Assembly (NCBI GenBank): GCA_963826785.1
Contig: CAWGYD010000001.1
Location: 448,001-512,000, forward strand
From: an uncultured delta proteobacterium
Lineage (GTDB): Bacteria > Desulfobacterota > Desulfobacteria > Desulfobacterales > Desulfosalsimonadaceae
Direction of reading: 5' to 3'
DNA length: 64,000 nt
Both the position numbers and the translations under genes were made by a program. This document shows, one piece after another, positions 31,100-40,748 of this stretch (position 1 is the stretch's first letter; each line of letters starts with the position of its first letter). The notes under the pieces are model-generated. The model ran no database searches. It was not told the origin of the DNA and saw nothing but the letters and a program-made list of their open reading frames with translations.

Positions 31100-31244
31100 G
31101 TAATCCTTTGATCAAGATCAAGATAAGGATTAGGATCATGGAAAGGAGATATGTGCTTCAAACGTCTTACTGCAAAAACGTTAAACAGCAGAGTCGGATT
31201 TTTTTTTCAAAACCAGAAACTTTTTACACGGGAGGATTCGAAAA

Positions 31245-31655
31245 ATGGCTCAAATGACGCAGCGGATGAAAGAAATGTTTGAAAAGGTTGCGGTTGCAAT
31301 CCTGTCCACGGCCACCGGTGACGGCACCCCCAATGCGGTGCCGGTGGGGGCGAAGAAGATCATAGACGACGAAACCGTCCTGATTTCGGACCAGTTTTTC
31401 AACAAGACCCTGGCCAATCTGAAAGCAAACCCCAAGGCCGCGGTCACTTTCTGGGAAGGCCATGAAGGCTATCAGCTCAAGGGCACGGTAACCATCGAAA
31501 CCAGCGGATCACGGTTTGACCAGACCGCCAAATGGATCGAGGACTTAAGTGCCAAGGCGGGCTTCCCCCTGAAATCAAAGGGCGCGGTCATCCTTCGCAT
31601 AGAGGAAATCTACGGTGTGGCCCCCGGCCCGGGCGCCGGTAAAAAACTGGCCTGA
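31245..31655 (+). CDS. Pyridoxamine 5'-phosphate oxidase-like FMN-binding protein
   Basis: LSTATGDGTPNAVP...KTLANLKANP...GYQLKG...IEEIY...PGPGAG. Confidence 0.85.
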   Translation: MAQMTQRMKEMFEKVAVAILSTATGDGTPNAVPVGAKKIIDDETVLISDQFFNKTLANLKANPKAAVTFWEGHEGYQLKGTVTIETSGSRFDQTAKWIEDLSAKAGFPLKSKGAVILRIEEIYGVAPGPGAGKKLA

Positions 31656-31748
31656 TCCAATTGTTGCGCAGGGGCGCAGGGAAAACCGCATGTAAACGTT
31701 TCATGAAAAGGCTTTCTTTGCGTCCCCTCGAGATATTGAACGCCGCTT

Positions 31749-33098
31749 ATGATATCCCGATCCGACCGATTGAACCTTCTTGCCCATTCGCTGATCATCG
31801 GCCTGATGATCCTGTTTGCGCTGGGGTATGCTGAACTGGACATGGAATCGGCCCGCCAGGCCGGCGGGGCGGCCATATTCGTGCTGGGGTTCGTCCTGCT
31901 GTCGGCATTCGTTTTCGCCCGGATCATCAACATCCTCAGCCTGCCCCTGATCTCGGGCTACATCTTTGCGGGCATCCTGGCAGGTCCCTTCGTGAGCGGT
32001 TTTCTCACCACCGCCATGATCGGCAAGCTCAGTCTCATAAATGACCTTGCTTTAAGCTTCATCGCCCTCAATGCCGGGGCCGAACTCCACCTGGCATCGA
32101 TCCGGAAACGCAGCCGGGCAATTCTGGCCGGCGTCTTGCTGCTGACGGCGGTAATCATGGCGGTCATACCGCTGTTTATCGTGGCGGCCGGAGGATACTT
32201 TGGCCTTCTGTCTTCCATGGGCATGCGCTCCCTGGTGGTTTTCGCCGTCCTGACCGGCCTGCTGTGCGTTTCTCTGTCTCCCGCCTCCGTGATTGCACTG
32301 ATCAACGAATGCCGCGCAAAGGGACCGTTCACGGAAATTATCCTGGCGGTCACCATCGCCATCGATGCGGTGATCATCATGGCGTTCACCACTGCCATAT
32401 CGGTCTTTCGGATGATGCTCTACGGCGGCGGGCCGGATCTGCTGCGCCTTGCGGGGACCGGCGTTGAGATGCTCATCTCCGTTGCGGTGGGGATCATGCT
32501 GGGAAAGGGGATCGCCCTGTATCAGGAACGGATCGGGCATGATTTCCTGCTGTTTCTTCTCTTTATCGCCTTCGCCGTCTCCAAGGTGTCGGTCTGGCTC
32601 ATCGGGTACATGCATGGGCATTTCAATATTTCGCTCCACCTGGAGCCGCTGCTGATCTGCATGAGCGCCGGATATTTCGTCCGGAATCACAGCAGCTCCG
32701 GGCATGAGCTGATCCGGGTACTGACGAAAAATTCCCTCCCCATCTACGTGCTGTTCTTCACCCTGGCCGGCGCCTCCCTGGATTTTACCGCACTGGGAGC
32801 TGCCTGGTCCCTGGCCCTGGCGGTGGCGGCGATCCGGATCGCCGCGCTTTTTGCGGGAAGCTTCCTGGCAGCAACGATTAGCCGCGATCCGCCGGCGTTC
32901 CGGAAAAACGCCTGGATGGCCTATATCACCCAGGCCGGCGTGTCCATCGGCCTGGCCCAGCTGGCGGCGCGGCAGCTGCCGGAAATCGGGGTGAGTCTGA
33001 CAACGGTGGTGCTGGCGGTAATCGCGGTCAACCAGGTGATCGGTCCGGTTGCGTTCAAAATGGCATTGGGGTATGTGGGAGAAACAGGGAAGCGATAA
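31749..33098 (+). CDS. Cation:proton antiporter (close paralog of 29649)
   Basis: Same length (449 aa) and shared blocks RIGHDFLLFLLFIAF, SLHLEPLLIC, ALGYVGET. Confidence 0.85.
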   Translation: MISRSDRLNLLAHSLIIGLMILFALGYAELDMESARQAGGAAIFVLGFVLLSAFVFARIINILSLPLISGYIFAGILAGPFVSGFLTTAMIGKLSLINDLALSFIALNAGAELHLASIRKRSRAILAGVLLLTAVIMAVIPLFIVAAGGYFGLLSSMGMRSLVVFAVLTGLLCVSLSPASVIALINECRAKGPFTEIILAVTIAIDAVIIMAFTTAISVFRMMLYGGGPDLLRLAGTGVEMLISVAVGIMLGKGIALYQERIGHDFLLFLLFIAFAVSKVSVWLIGYMHGHFNISLHLEPLLICMSAGYFVRNHSSSGHELIRVLTKNSLPIYVLFFTLAGASLDFTALGAAWSLALAVAAIRIAALFAGSFLAATISRDPPAFRKNAWMAYITQAGVSIGLAQLAARQLPEIGVSLTTVVLAVIAVNQVIGPVAFKMALGYVGETGKR

Positions 33099-33117
33099 TA
33101 TTTTTGAAAGAGGACCC

Positions 33118-34149
33118 ATGAAACTCAATTTCAAGCAGGACAACGGGCCGGCAGACCGGCTCATCGAAGACCTGATCCGGGAAGCAGGGGGTATCCTGCG
33201 GCCCCGGATCGTCCGGGAGCTGATCCTGGCATCACTCAAGGCCGGCCAGGAAGACGACGGCGGGGTGGATCTGAAGATGATGAACACCTCGGTCAAGGAG
33301 ATGCGCTTTACCGCCAAGATTTTCGGGCAGTACCGCCATGTCAGAAAGGTGACGGTGTTCGGATCGGCCCGCACCCGGCCGGATGAAACCCTCTTCCGGA
33401 TGGCCCGGGATCTGGGAAGCAAGCTTGCGGCGTCCGGCTACCACGTGATTACCGGCGGCGGCCCCGGCATTATGCGGGCTGTCCACGAGGGGGCCGGCCC
33501 GGATTTTTCCTTCGGGGTCAACATCTACCTGCCCTTTGAGCAGGAGTCCAACCCGGTCATCAAGGGCAGCCCGCGAAACATCCAGTACAAATATTTTTTC
33601 AACCGCAAGGTGGCCTTTCTCAAGGAATCGGATGCAGTGGTGGTATTCCCGGGCGGATTCGGCACCCAGGATGAGGTCATGGAAACCCTCACCCTGATCC
33701 AGACCGGCAAGCGCAACCCCATGCCCCTGATCCTGATGGACGAACCGGGCGGCACCTACTGGACCGACTGGGTCGGGTATGTCGAATCGGAACTGCTGGG
33801 CAGGGGATATATCGGCAAATCCGACCTGCACCTGTTTGAACGGGCGGATCGCATCGAGGATGCGGTTTTCAGCATCGATCGGTTCTACCACCGGTATCAC
33901 AGCCTGCGCTACATCGGCACCCACCTGGTTTTGCGCCTCACTTCCCCCGTATCCGAGGCCCGCATCGAGGACCTCAAAACCCGTTTTGCCGATATCCTTG
34001 CTCCCGGCGGCAACATCATCCTCACGGAAGCGTACCCGGAAGAAGAAGACGAAAAAGATATCCGCCACCTTCCCCGGCTGGCCCTCGACTTCACCCGCAA
34101 TCATTTCGGCCGGCTCCGGCAGTTCATCGATGCCGTAAACGAAGAGTAG
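33118..34149 (+). CDS. LOG/Rossmann-fold nucleotide-binding protein (lysine decarboxylase-like family)
   Basis: VTVFGSART, ITGGGPGIM, YFFNRKVAF, PGGFGTQDE. Confidence 0.9.
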   Translation: MKLNFKQDNGPADRLIEDLIREAGGILRPRIVRELILASLKAGQEDDGGVDLKMMNTSVKEMRFTAKIFGQYRHVRKVTVFGSARTRPDETLFRMARDLGSKLAASGYHVITGGGPGIMRAVHEGAGPDFSFGVNIYLPFEQESNPVIKGSPRNIQYKYFFNRKVAFLKESDAVVVFPGGFGTQDEVMETLTLIQTGKRNPMPLILMDEPGGTYWTDWVGYVESELLGRGYIGKSDLHLFERADRIEDAVFSIDRFYHRYHSLRYIGTHLVLRLTSPVSEARIEDLKTRFADILAPGGNIILTEAYPEEEDEKDIRHLPRLALDFTRNHFGRLRQFIDAVNEE

Positions 34150-34235
34150 AAGCGGTTGCAGCATAAAGATCGTATTGGATACAGACCCGGAGGCAGCAAA
34201 ATACGCCACAGTAAGTTATTGGGGTTTTTTTGTTT

Positions 34236-34580
34236 CATTGCGATCAGATGCATTCCGGTTCGGCAAGCCGCTACACCCCCCTTTGTCCCCCCTCCAGGGG
34301 GGAATTAAGAGATAACAAAGAGTTGTGAATCACGATCCGTCATTCCGGCAGTCCTTAAGCCGGAATCCAGGAAAACGAAATGCTCAACTACCCGACGGAG
34401 AGGGCTCATAGGGGGACGCTGCGCGTGATTTTGCGCGTATGCCCTGGGGGGAATCAAGGGGTGTGCATTGCGATCAGATGCATTCCGGTTCGGCAAGCCG
34501 CTACACCCCCCTTTGTCCCCCCTCCAGGGGGGAATTAAAAGATGTGTCCCCCTCCAGGGGGGGAATTAAAGGAAGGTGTC
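34236..34580. repeat. REP mosaic with a 73-bp perfect direct repeat
   Basis: 34236-34308 is identical to 34466-34538 (cattgcgatcagatg...cctccaggggggaattaa); includes family A REPs and a family B REP at 34338. Confidence 0.85.
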
Positions 34581-34625
34581 CGGCCGGGCGATGCCGACCT
34601 CATCGCCCGGCGGACGGGAGGCGCT

Positions 34626-35666
34626 CTATTTCGAATCCGTCTCTATCTCTTCGATGTATTGTCCGATCTTGCCGCGAAACACCCAGAACTGGTTGTACGC
34701 ATTGTAGATGAGGATCAGGGGGATGATGACGCCCATGACCACGGTCATGAAGATCAGCGTGGAGAGCGATGCCGCCGAATGGATGATCTGGACCGAGGAC
34801 GTGATGACGTTGGGGATCATGTAGGGATAGAGGGCAAGGGAAATCCCGGTGAAGGAGAACAGGATCACTGCCGCATTGAAGAAGAAGGGCAGGGTTTCAT
34901 ACCGTTTCCAGAGGCTGAAGGCATACAGCACCCCCGAAATTCCGGCAAGGGCGGGGCCGGCCGCGACCCAGTATACGTCCGGCGTCCGGGTCCACTTGTC
35001 GATCATATGCGGATATTTGACAAACATCCACAAATAGACGCCGCAGGAAATGGGAAGCAGGAAGGCGGCGCTGATCCAGGCATACCGGTACCCCAGGGCC
35101 TGGAGCCGCCCTTCGGCCTTGAGGATGAGAAAGCTTGAGCCGAGCATGATATCGCCGAAGATCACCCCCGCGGTAACCAGGAGGCTAAACGGGGTCAGCC
35201 AGTCCCAGATGCTTCCGGCAAACCGCCCCGCCTCCACATGAATGCCGCCCAGCAGTCCGCCCACGGCAAACCCCTGGGTGACGGCCACCAGCAGGCTGCC
35301 CACCGCAAACAGCCACCCGGCAACCGGTTTCCTCCGGGCATGGGCATGGTAGTCCAGCGCCACACCCCGGATGATCAACGCAAACAGCATGGCCATGATG
35401 GGGATGTACAGGGCGGAAAACACCACGGCATAGAAGAGCGGAAACGCACCGAACACCATGCCGCCGACGATGACCAGCCAGGTCTGGTTGGTGTGCCAGG
35501 TGCTTTCAATGGAGCCGATCATGATGGACCGTTCCCTCTCACTCCGATACAGCAGGGACAGAATGCCCAGGCCCAGGTCGGCACCGTCCGAGATGGCGTA
35601 TGAAAGCAGGAAAAAAGCGATAATGCCGATCCACAGGTTGGCCAGAACAGCTTCTGTACCGTTCAT
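34626..35666 (-). CDS. cydB: Cytochrome bd ubiquinol oxidase subunit II
   Basis: SDGADLGLGIL, TWHTNQTWLV, FGAFP, IRGVALDY, YPYMIP, VFRGK. Confidence 0.92.
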   Translation of the reverse strand: MNGTEAVLANLWIGIIAFFLLSYAISDGADLGLGILSLLYRSERERSIMIGSIESTWHTNQTWLVIVGGMVFGAFPLFYAVVFSALYIPIMAMLFALIIRGVALDYHAHARRKPVAGWLFAVGSLLVAVTQGFAVGGLLGGIHVEAGRFAGSIWDWLTPFSLLVTAGVIFGDIMLGSSFLILKAEGRLQALGYRYAWISAAFLLPISCGVYLWMFVKYPHMIDKWTRTPDVYWVAAGPALAGISGVLYAFSLWKRYETLPFFFNAAVILFSFTGISLALYPYMIPNVITSSVQIIHSAASLSTLIFMTVVMGVIIPLILIYNAYNQFWVFRGKIGQYIEEIETDSK

Positions 35667-37066
35667 GATGTCTTTTGCCCCCGTTTGCCGGCGCGTCCGG
35701 CCCTGGTTCCGGGATCTTTAAACAGCGGTCCCCTGGCTATGATCCGGTAGAAGTACACGGCAAAGACCACCGGGAGGACCAGGTAGAAGACGATGAAGGT
35801 GGCCAGGGTGGATTGGACGGCGGCAGCCGGCAGATCGCTCACCGAATCGGCCGTGCGCACCATCCCGAACATGGTCCAGGGCTGGCGCCCGACTTCGCGC
35901 ACCACCCATCCCGCTTCCATGGCGATGTAGCTCAGGGGCGCGGCGATGATCCAGGACCAGAGCAGCCGCCTCTGGGTGCTCACCTGCGCGACACTCAACT
36001 TTCCCTGGTACCATTTCCAGACGGTCCATAGCATGAGAAGGAAAAAGGCGCCTCCCAGCACGATCATGACGCGAAATCCGATGAAGGGCGGCCAGACCGG
36101 CGGCCGGTCTTCCGGCGGAAATTCCCTCAAACCCATCACCACCCCGGCGGTGGAGCGGGTGGCGATGAGGCTCAATCCATAGGGGATGTTGATTTCCCAC
36201 AGGTTGCGCTCCAGGTCCGCCTGGGGCCAGGCGATGATGTGCCAGGGTGCCCCTCGCCCCCGGTCGTTGGTTACCCAGTGAGATTCCATGGCTGCCAGCT
36301 TGGTGGGCTGATGAAGGTAGGCTTCCCGCCCCACCCCGTCGCCCAGCACGATCTGAAGCGGGGTGATCAGGATGGCCAGCACCACCGCCATCTTGAATGA
36401 TTTGAGGAAAAAGGCCGTGTGGCGGTTTTTGAGGATATATCCGGCACTGATGGCCCCCACAACGAACAGGGAAATCTCCACGCAGGCGATGATCATGTGG
36501 GAAACGCCATAAGGGGCCGCCGGGTTCAAGATGGCATTCCACTGTGAGGTCACCTGGAATTTGCCGTTTTGCATGAACCCGCCGGTGGGCGACTGCATCC
36601 AGGAATTGGCCGCCATGATCCAGAACCCGGACATGAACGCGCCGAAAGAGACCATGGCCGTGGAAAGCATGTGCACGCTATTCGGGACCCTGTGCCAGGC
36701 GAAGATCATCACTCCCAGAAAACTGGCTTCGAGCATGAACGACATGCCCGCCTCGAATCCCAGCAGGTGGCCGAAAACGTCCCCTCCGGCATTGGAAAAG
36801 GCATTCCAGTTGGTCCCGAATTGAAATTCCATGGGAATCCCGGTGGCAACCCCCACGGCAAAATTGAGCAGGAACAGAACGCTCCAGAACCGGGCATGAT
36901 GATAGTATGCCACATCCCGGGTCTTGAGCCACATGGCTTCCATGATGACCAGGAACAGACTCAGCCCGATGGTGAGCACCGGAAAGAGGATATGAAAGAT
37001 CGCTGTCAGGGCGAACTGCGTCCTGGACAGGGTCAGGTGGTTTAAAAATCCCAGTGTTCCTTCCAC
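35663..37066 (-). CDS. cydA: Cytochrome bd ubiquinol oxidase subunit I
   Basis: SRTQFALTAIFHILFP, EFQFGTNW, ANSWMQSP, QPTKLAAME, GWVVREVGRQPW; GTG start at 37066 with AAGGA RBS. Confidence 0.95.
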   Translation of the reverse strand: MEGTLGFLNHLTLSRTQFALTAIFHILFPVLTIGLSLFLVIMEAMWLKTRDVAYYHHARFWSVLFLLNFAVGVATGIPMEFQFGTNWNAFSNAGGDVFGHLLGFEAGMSFMLEASFLGVMIFAWHRVPNSVHMLSTAMVSFGAFMSGFWIMAANSWMQSPTGGFMQNGKFQVTSQWNAILNPAAPYGVSHMIIACVEISLFVVGAISAGYILKNRHTAFFLKSFKMAVVLAILITPLQIVLGDGVGREAYLHQPTKLAAMESHWVTNDRGRGAPWHIIAWPQADLERNLWEINIPYGLSLIATRSTAGVVMGLREFPPEDRPPVWPPFIGFRVMIVLGGAFFLLMLWTVWKWYQGKLSVAQVSTQRRLLWSWIIAAPLSYIAMEAGWVVREVGRQPWTMFGMVRTADSVSDLPAAAVQSTLATFIVFYLVLPVVFAVYFYRIIARGPLFKDPGTRAGRAGKRGQKTS

Positions 37067-37079
37067 GATAATCCTTTCG

Positions 37080-38033
37080 CTATGCGGGCTGCCCCAGTGC
37101 ATCGAGTTTCGGCAGGAGCCGCTCCCGCAGCACCCTCGGAATGGTCATGAATCGATTGGCAATTTCAATATAGGCCCCAAGCGACTCGGCCGAGTCCACC
37201 CCCACGGCGGCCACATTGATCAGCTGGCTCCAGAAAAGCCCCAGGATGTCCTTTGCGGGCAAGGGGTATGATCCGTCCGGGCCTTCTGGCAGTGGGTTTG
37301 ACAGAATCGTGCCGATATTGCGCGCCCGCAGGTGGGGATGGACGGTCCGTTCAAATTCGAGATACCGTCGCCCATTGCCGTTCATGGGAATCTCGGCGGC
37401 TTCAAAATCAAAAAACCCGTGGATGGCGGACATGAAGAAATCGGCATTCCGGTATCCCGCCAACCCGGCATGCCGGATCATCTTTTTTCGTTTGGCCTCC
37501 AGGATGGCGCCGATGGCCCCGTCCATTGAAAATACGAGGGAGGGGGAAGCCTCATAGATGCTTTCCTTGATCATCCAGAGATCGATATAGTCTGTTCCCA
37601 GCAGGTCCAGGCTCTTTTCGAGCTGCTTCAAGCAGGCGGACTTCCCATGTCCGTCGGTGCCCGTAACCAGCAGGAGGTTTTCCCGCTTGACATCCACCAG
37701 GTTCCAGGCGACCAGCTGAACGGCGCGCTCTTCTTCCCACACCAGGTCGAGCACGGTCTTGCCCGGAATGTCAAAGGCCGCCCGGATCAGGGCCGCCGCG
37801 GCGAGTTCGTTGGACATGCCGGCCAGCTTCGCCCCGGAAAATCCGAGGATGGGCACCATCTCCCGGGTTTTTCCCAGCAGCCGATGCGGCATGGAATGAT
37901 ACAGGGACTTGTTGGTGATGGGCCTTTCCGCTGCCGTCGCAGGGGGAAGCGGCAGCGGATTCAATCCCGCGGCCAGTACCGCAAGCATCATCTCTTTCAA
38001 AAAAGAACGCCTGGACAGGATCTGCAATTCCAC
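37080..38033 (-). CDS. Tat-signal aldo/keto reductase-fold protein, catalytically degenerate
   Basis: SRRSFLK Tat motif; MPHRLLGKT..., SLDLLGTDYIDL; tetrad Tyr/Lys/His positions appear as E/G/K. Confidence 0.75.
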   Translation of the reverse strand: MELQILSRRSFLKEMMLAVLAAGLNPLPLPPATAAERPITNKSLYHSMPHRLLGKTREMVPILGFSGAKLAGMSNELAAAALIRAAFDIPGKTVLDLVWEEERAVQLVAWNLVDVKRENLLLVTGTDGHGKSACLKQLEKSLDLLGTDYIDLWMIKESIYEASPSLVFSMDGAIGAILEAKRKKMIRHAGLAGYRNADFFMSAIHGFFDFEAAEIPMNGNGRRYLEFERTVHPHLRARNIGTILSNPLPEGPDGSYPLPAKDILGLFWSQLINVAAVGVDSAESLGAYIEIANRFMTIPRVLRERLLPKLDALGQPA

Positions 38034-38374
38034 TTTCTCCTCACGGCAGGTGGGTGAAAACACCGGGGCCAAATAGATAACCATCTATGGAAACTATTTA
38101 TAATCCAAACCGCCGATGGAATAAATCAGGCGCACCCGGTATTCGCGGGCAGTCTTGAAATGTACTTTCAGGCAAAGGAGAGGCTATTTTATCAGCCATG
38201 GGACATGATCTGGTCCAGGCTCCCGAAAACCCGGTTGATTTCAGCCATGCGTTTTCAAACCGCACCGGTCAGGTTTCGACGTATCCCGGTTTGGGGTTTA
38301 CTGTTTGGTAAAGGCACGATGTCGTCCGTGCCCGGTGCGTGTTTGGAAATACCTGAACGAAAAGGCGGTAAACG

Positions 38375-39187
38375 ATGAAAATGGGCGCTGTAAATGGAAA
38401 CAATGCAGAAACTCTGGAAAATCCGCTGGAAGAAAATACACTGGACCCGCAGGAGGCACAGGTGTTCTGCCACTGGTTGTCCCTGATGAACGAAAATGAC
38501 ATCCCCTATGCGGTGAGCGGAGCGTTTGCCATCCACGCGTATACGGGGATCATGCGAAACACCAAGGACCTGGATATCTACATCAAACCGGCCGATCTGA
38601 AGAAAGCCCTGGTCGTGCTGGAAAATGCAGGCTACCGCACGGAAATCCGCGACCGGGCCTGGCTGGCCAAGGTGCACAGCGAAGATATTTTCATGGATCT
38701 CCTTTTTGCCGTTCACCGCCAGCGGTTCCGGATCGAAGACAACTGGTTTCAACACAGAAGACGGGCGAAGATCCTGGATGTCGAAGCCCATGTCCTTGCC
38801 CCGGAGGAGCTGTTCGTGTCCAAGGCCCACCTGGTCAAGACCTACCGGTTCGACGGAGCCGACCTGATGCACTTGATCCGCAGCCTCGAGGGGCGCCTGG
38901 ACTGGCATCGGATACTCGATTACCTGGACGACGAGCGGGACCTGCTGCTCTGGTACCTGCTGCTGTTTCAATTTGTCTATCCGGGCCATATCGATTATCT
39001 GCCCACCGGCCTGATGGAAGATCTTTTCACGAAAATCCGGCAGGACTGGAAGAGCCGGCCGGCAAAAGACGCTTTTCGCGGCGCCCTGCTCGACCCGGAT
39101 GGATTTGCCATGGATGTAAAGAATTGGGGATATATAGACTACGGTAAAGACCTGCCCCTGGTAAGCGAAAAAGGAGACCTTCTATGA
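38375..39187 (+). CDS. Pol-beta-superfamily nucleotidyltransferase
   Basis: YAVSGAFAIHAYTG.MRNTKDLDIYI, WLAKV, MDLLF, PEELFVSKA, RFDGADL, LDW. Confidence 0.8.
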   Translation: MKMGAVNGNNAETLENPLEENTLDPQEAQVFCHWLSLMNENDIPYAVSGAFAIHAYTGIMRNTKDLDIYIKPADLKKALVVLENAGYRTEIRDRAWLAKVHSEDIFMDLLFAVHRQRFRIEDNWFQHRRRAKILDVEAHVLAPEELFVSKAHLVKTYRFDGADLMHLIRSLEGRLDWHRILDYLDDERDLLLWYLLLFQFVYPGHIDYLPTGLMEDLFTKIRQDWKSRPAKDAFRGALLDPDGFAMDVKNWGYIDYGKDLPLVSEKGDLL

Positions 39188-39888
39188 GAGTCGCCGCCAT
39201 TGCAGACCTGCACTGCTGTCGGGAATCGAGATCCGAACTGGCGCGGATCTTTACCGAGATCAATCGCTGCGCCGACATTTTGGTGATGGCTGGGGATCTG
39301 ACCAACGTCGGGCGTGTGGAGGAAATAGAAAGCCTCATCGGGCTGCTCAAAGACATCTCCCTCCCCAAGGTGGCCGTGTTGGGCAACCACGACCACCAGG
39401 AGGATCATGCCGAAACCCTGCACATGATGATGGAGGCTGCCGGCGTCCATGTGCTGGATGCCTCCGCTTACATCACCGGAGATGTCGCGTTCATCGGTAC
39501 GAAAGGGTTCTGCGGCGGGTTTGGCGACCTTCGCATTCAGCCTTTTGGCGAAAAGGCTTTAAAAGCTTTTGTTCAGGTGGGAATCGATGAGGCCCAACGA
39601 ATGGCGGAAACCCTCACCTATATTAAAACCCGGCACAAAATCGCCGTGCTCCATTACGCGCCCATCCCCGAAACGCTGGCTGGCGAGGCTCCGGAACTCT
39701 TCCCCTTTCTGGGCGCCTCCCTTCTGGCCGAGGCCCTGGACCGGCATGGCGTGGATGTCATTTTTCACGGCCATGCCCACCACGGCTCCCCCCGGGGGGC
39801 CACCCCCGGCGGCATTCCCGTGCACAACGTCTGCCGCTTCGTCCAGAAGCGCGCTTTCGGGAGGGACTGCTTCATTTATGAAACCTGA
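39184..39888 (+). CDS. Calcineurin-like metallophosphoesterase
   Basis: ADLH, AGDLT, LGNHD, LHY, HGHAH motifs; ATGA overlap with the NTase. Confidence 0.88.
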   Translation: MRVAAIADLHCCRESRSELARIFTEINRCADILVMAGDLTNVGRVEEIESLIGLLKDISLPKVAVLGNHDHQEDHAETLHMMMEAAGVHVLDASAYITGDVAFIGTKGFCGGFGDLRIQPFGEKALKAFVQVGIDEAQRMAETLTYIKTRHKIAVLHYAPIPETLAGEAPELFPFLGASLLAEALDRHGVDVIFHGHAHHGSPRGATPGGIPVHNVCRFVQKRAFGRDCFIYET

Positions 39889-39904
39889 AAAAAACGGGGC
39901 GACG

Positions 39905-40732
39905 TTAACCGGCAGGGGAGGGAAGCGGCACGACCAGCTCCGCCGCGCGCTTCTGGATCCAGCACGCCCGTCCGTCATCCAGGCGGATCCTGAACCAGTC
40001 TCCACGCTCTTCGATGACATGAAACTCCGTCCCTTCGTGCAAAGGCGCCCTGCAACTGTCCGGATATTCCATGCCATCCCTTTTCCCGGGCACCACCTGA
40101 TCGGCAAGGATCACCCCGGCGGGATGCCGGATCCGGTTGATGTGCTCGGCTGCAAACATCGCCAGAAATAGGATCAGAATGGAGCAGACCCCGTACAGAA
40201 AGGGTCGGCCGATTTTTTCAGAAGTCAGCCACACGAAAAAAGTGACCCAGAACATGACATACCCGAAGGAGAAAAAGAGCGCCCGCGCTTCCGGCGAAAA
40301 ATCGTGGCGCCAGAACAGAAGGGCTTCAAACAGTCTGTGTTTCTGTGCTTCTCCGAATTTGTCGATCCGCTGGCTCCGGGCAAATTCGAGGTTGCGCTTC
40401 AGGTTCGGATCATTTGGGATGTAGCGCTCGGCCCGGCGGTAATTCAAAATGGCCCGTCCCACGTTGCCGTCCCGGAAATAGGCCTGTCCGAGGTGATAAT
40501 AATTTTTCCCGGTTTGCATCCCGCCGGCCGAAACCGTCTGCTCCAGCCGCGCAATCTCATGGCCGGGGGGCTCACGGACCTGCATCGAAGGCACCCGGTC
40601 AGCCGCAGCCGCGTGGCCGTTTACCCTGATGAGAATGGCGCACAAAGCAACCATCAGAAAAAGGAAGCGGCCCACTGTCCGCGGAACCGGCCGTCCCGGA
40701 TCCTGCAATGAGAAAAGAGTGAAAAAAAGCAT
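39905..40732 (-). CDS. BatE-like TPR + TM + SH3 protein
   Basis: YYHLGQAYFRDGNVGRAILNYRRAERYIPND; LHEGTEFHVIEERGDWFRIRLDDG..WI. Confidence 0.78.
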   Translation of the reverse strand: MLFFTLFSLQDPGRPVPRTVGRFLFLMVALCAILIRVNGHAAAADRVPSMQVREPPGHEIARLEQTVSAGGMQTGKNYYHLGQAYFRDGNVGRAILNYRRAERYIPNDPNLKRNLEFARSQRIDKFGEAQKHRLFEALLFWRHDFSPEARALFFSFGYVMFWVTFFVWLTSEKIGRPFLYGVCSILILFLAMFAAEHINRIRHPAGVILADQVVPGKRDGMEYPDSCRAPLHEGTEFHVIEERGDWFRIRLDDGRACWIQKRAAELVVPLPSPAG

Positions 40733-40748
40733 TATCCTGCTTTCTCTG

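Noticed and set aside
29781..33422. Long minus-strand ORFs (415 and 456 aa) and similar long antisense ORFs elsewhere
   Set aside because: Shadows of well-supported genes in GC-rich DNA, with no recognisable motifs
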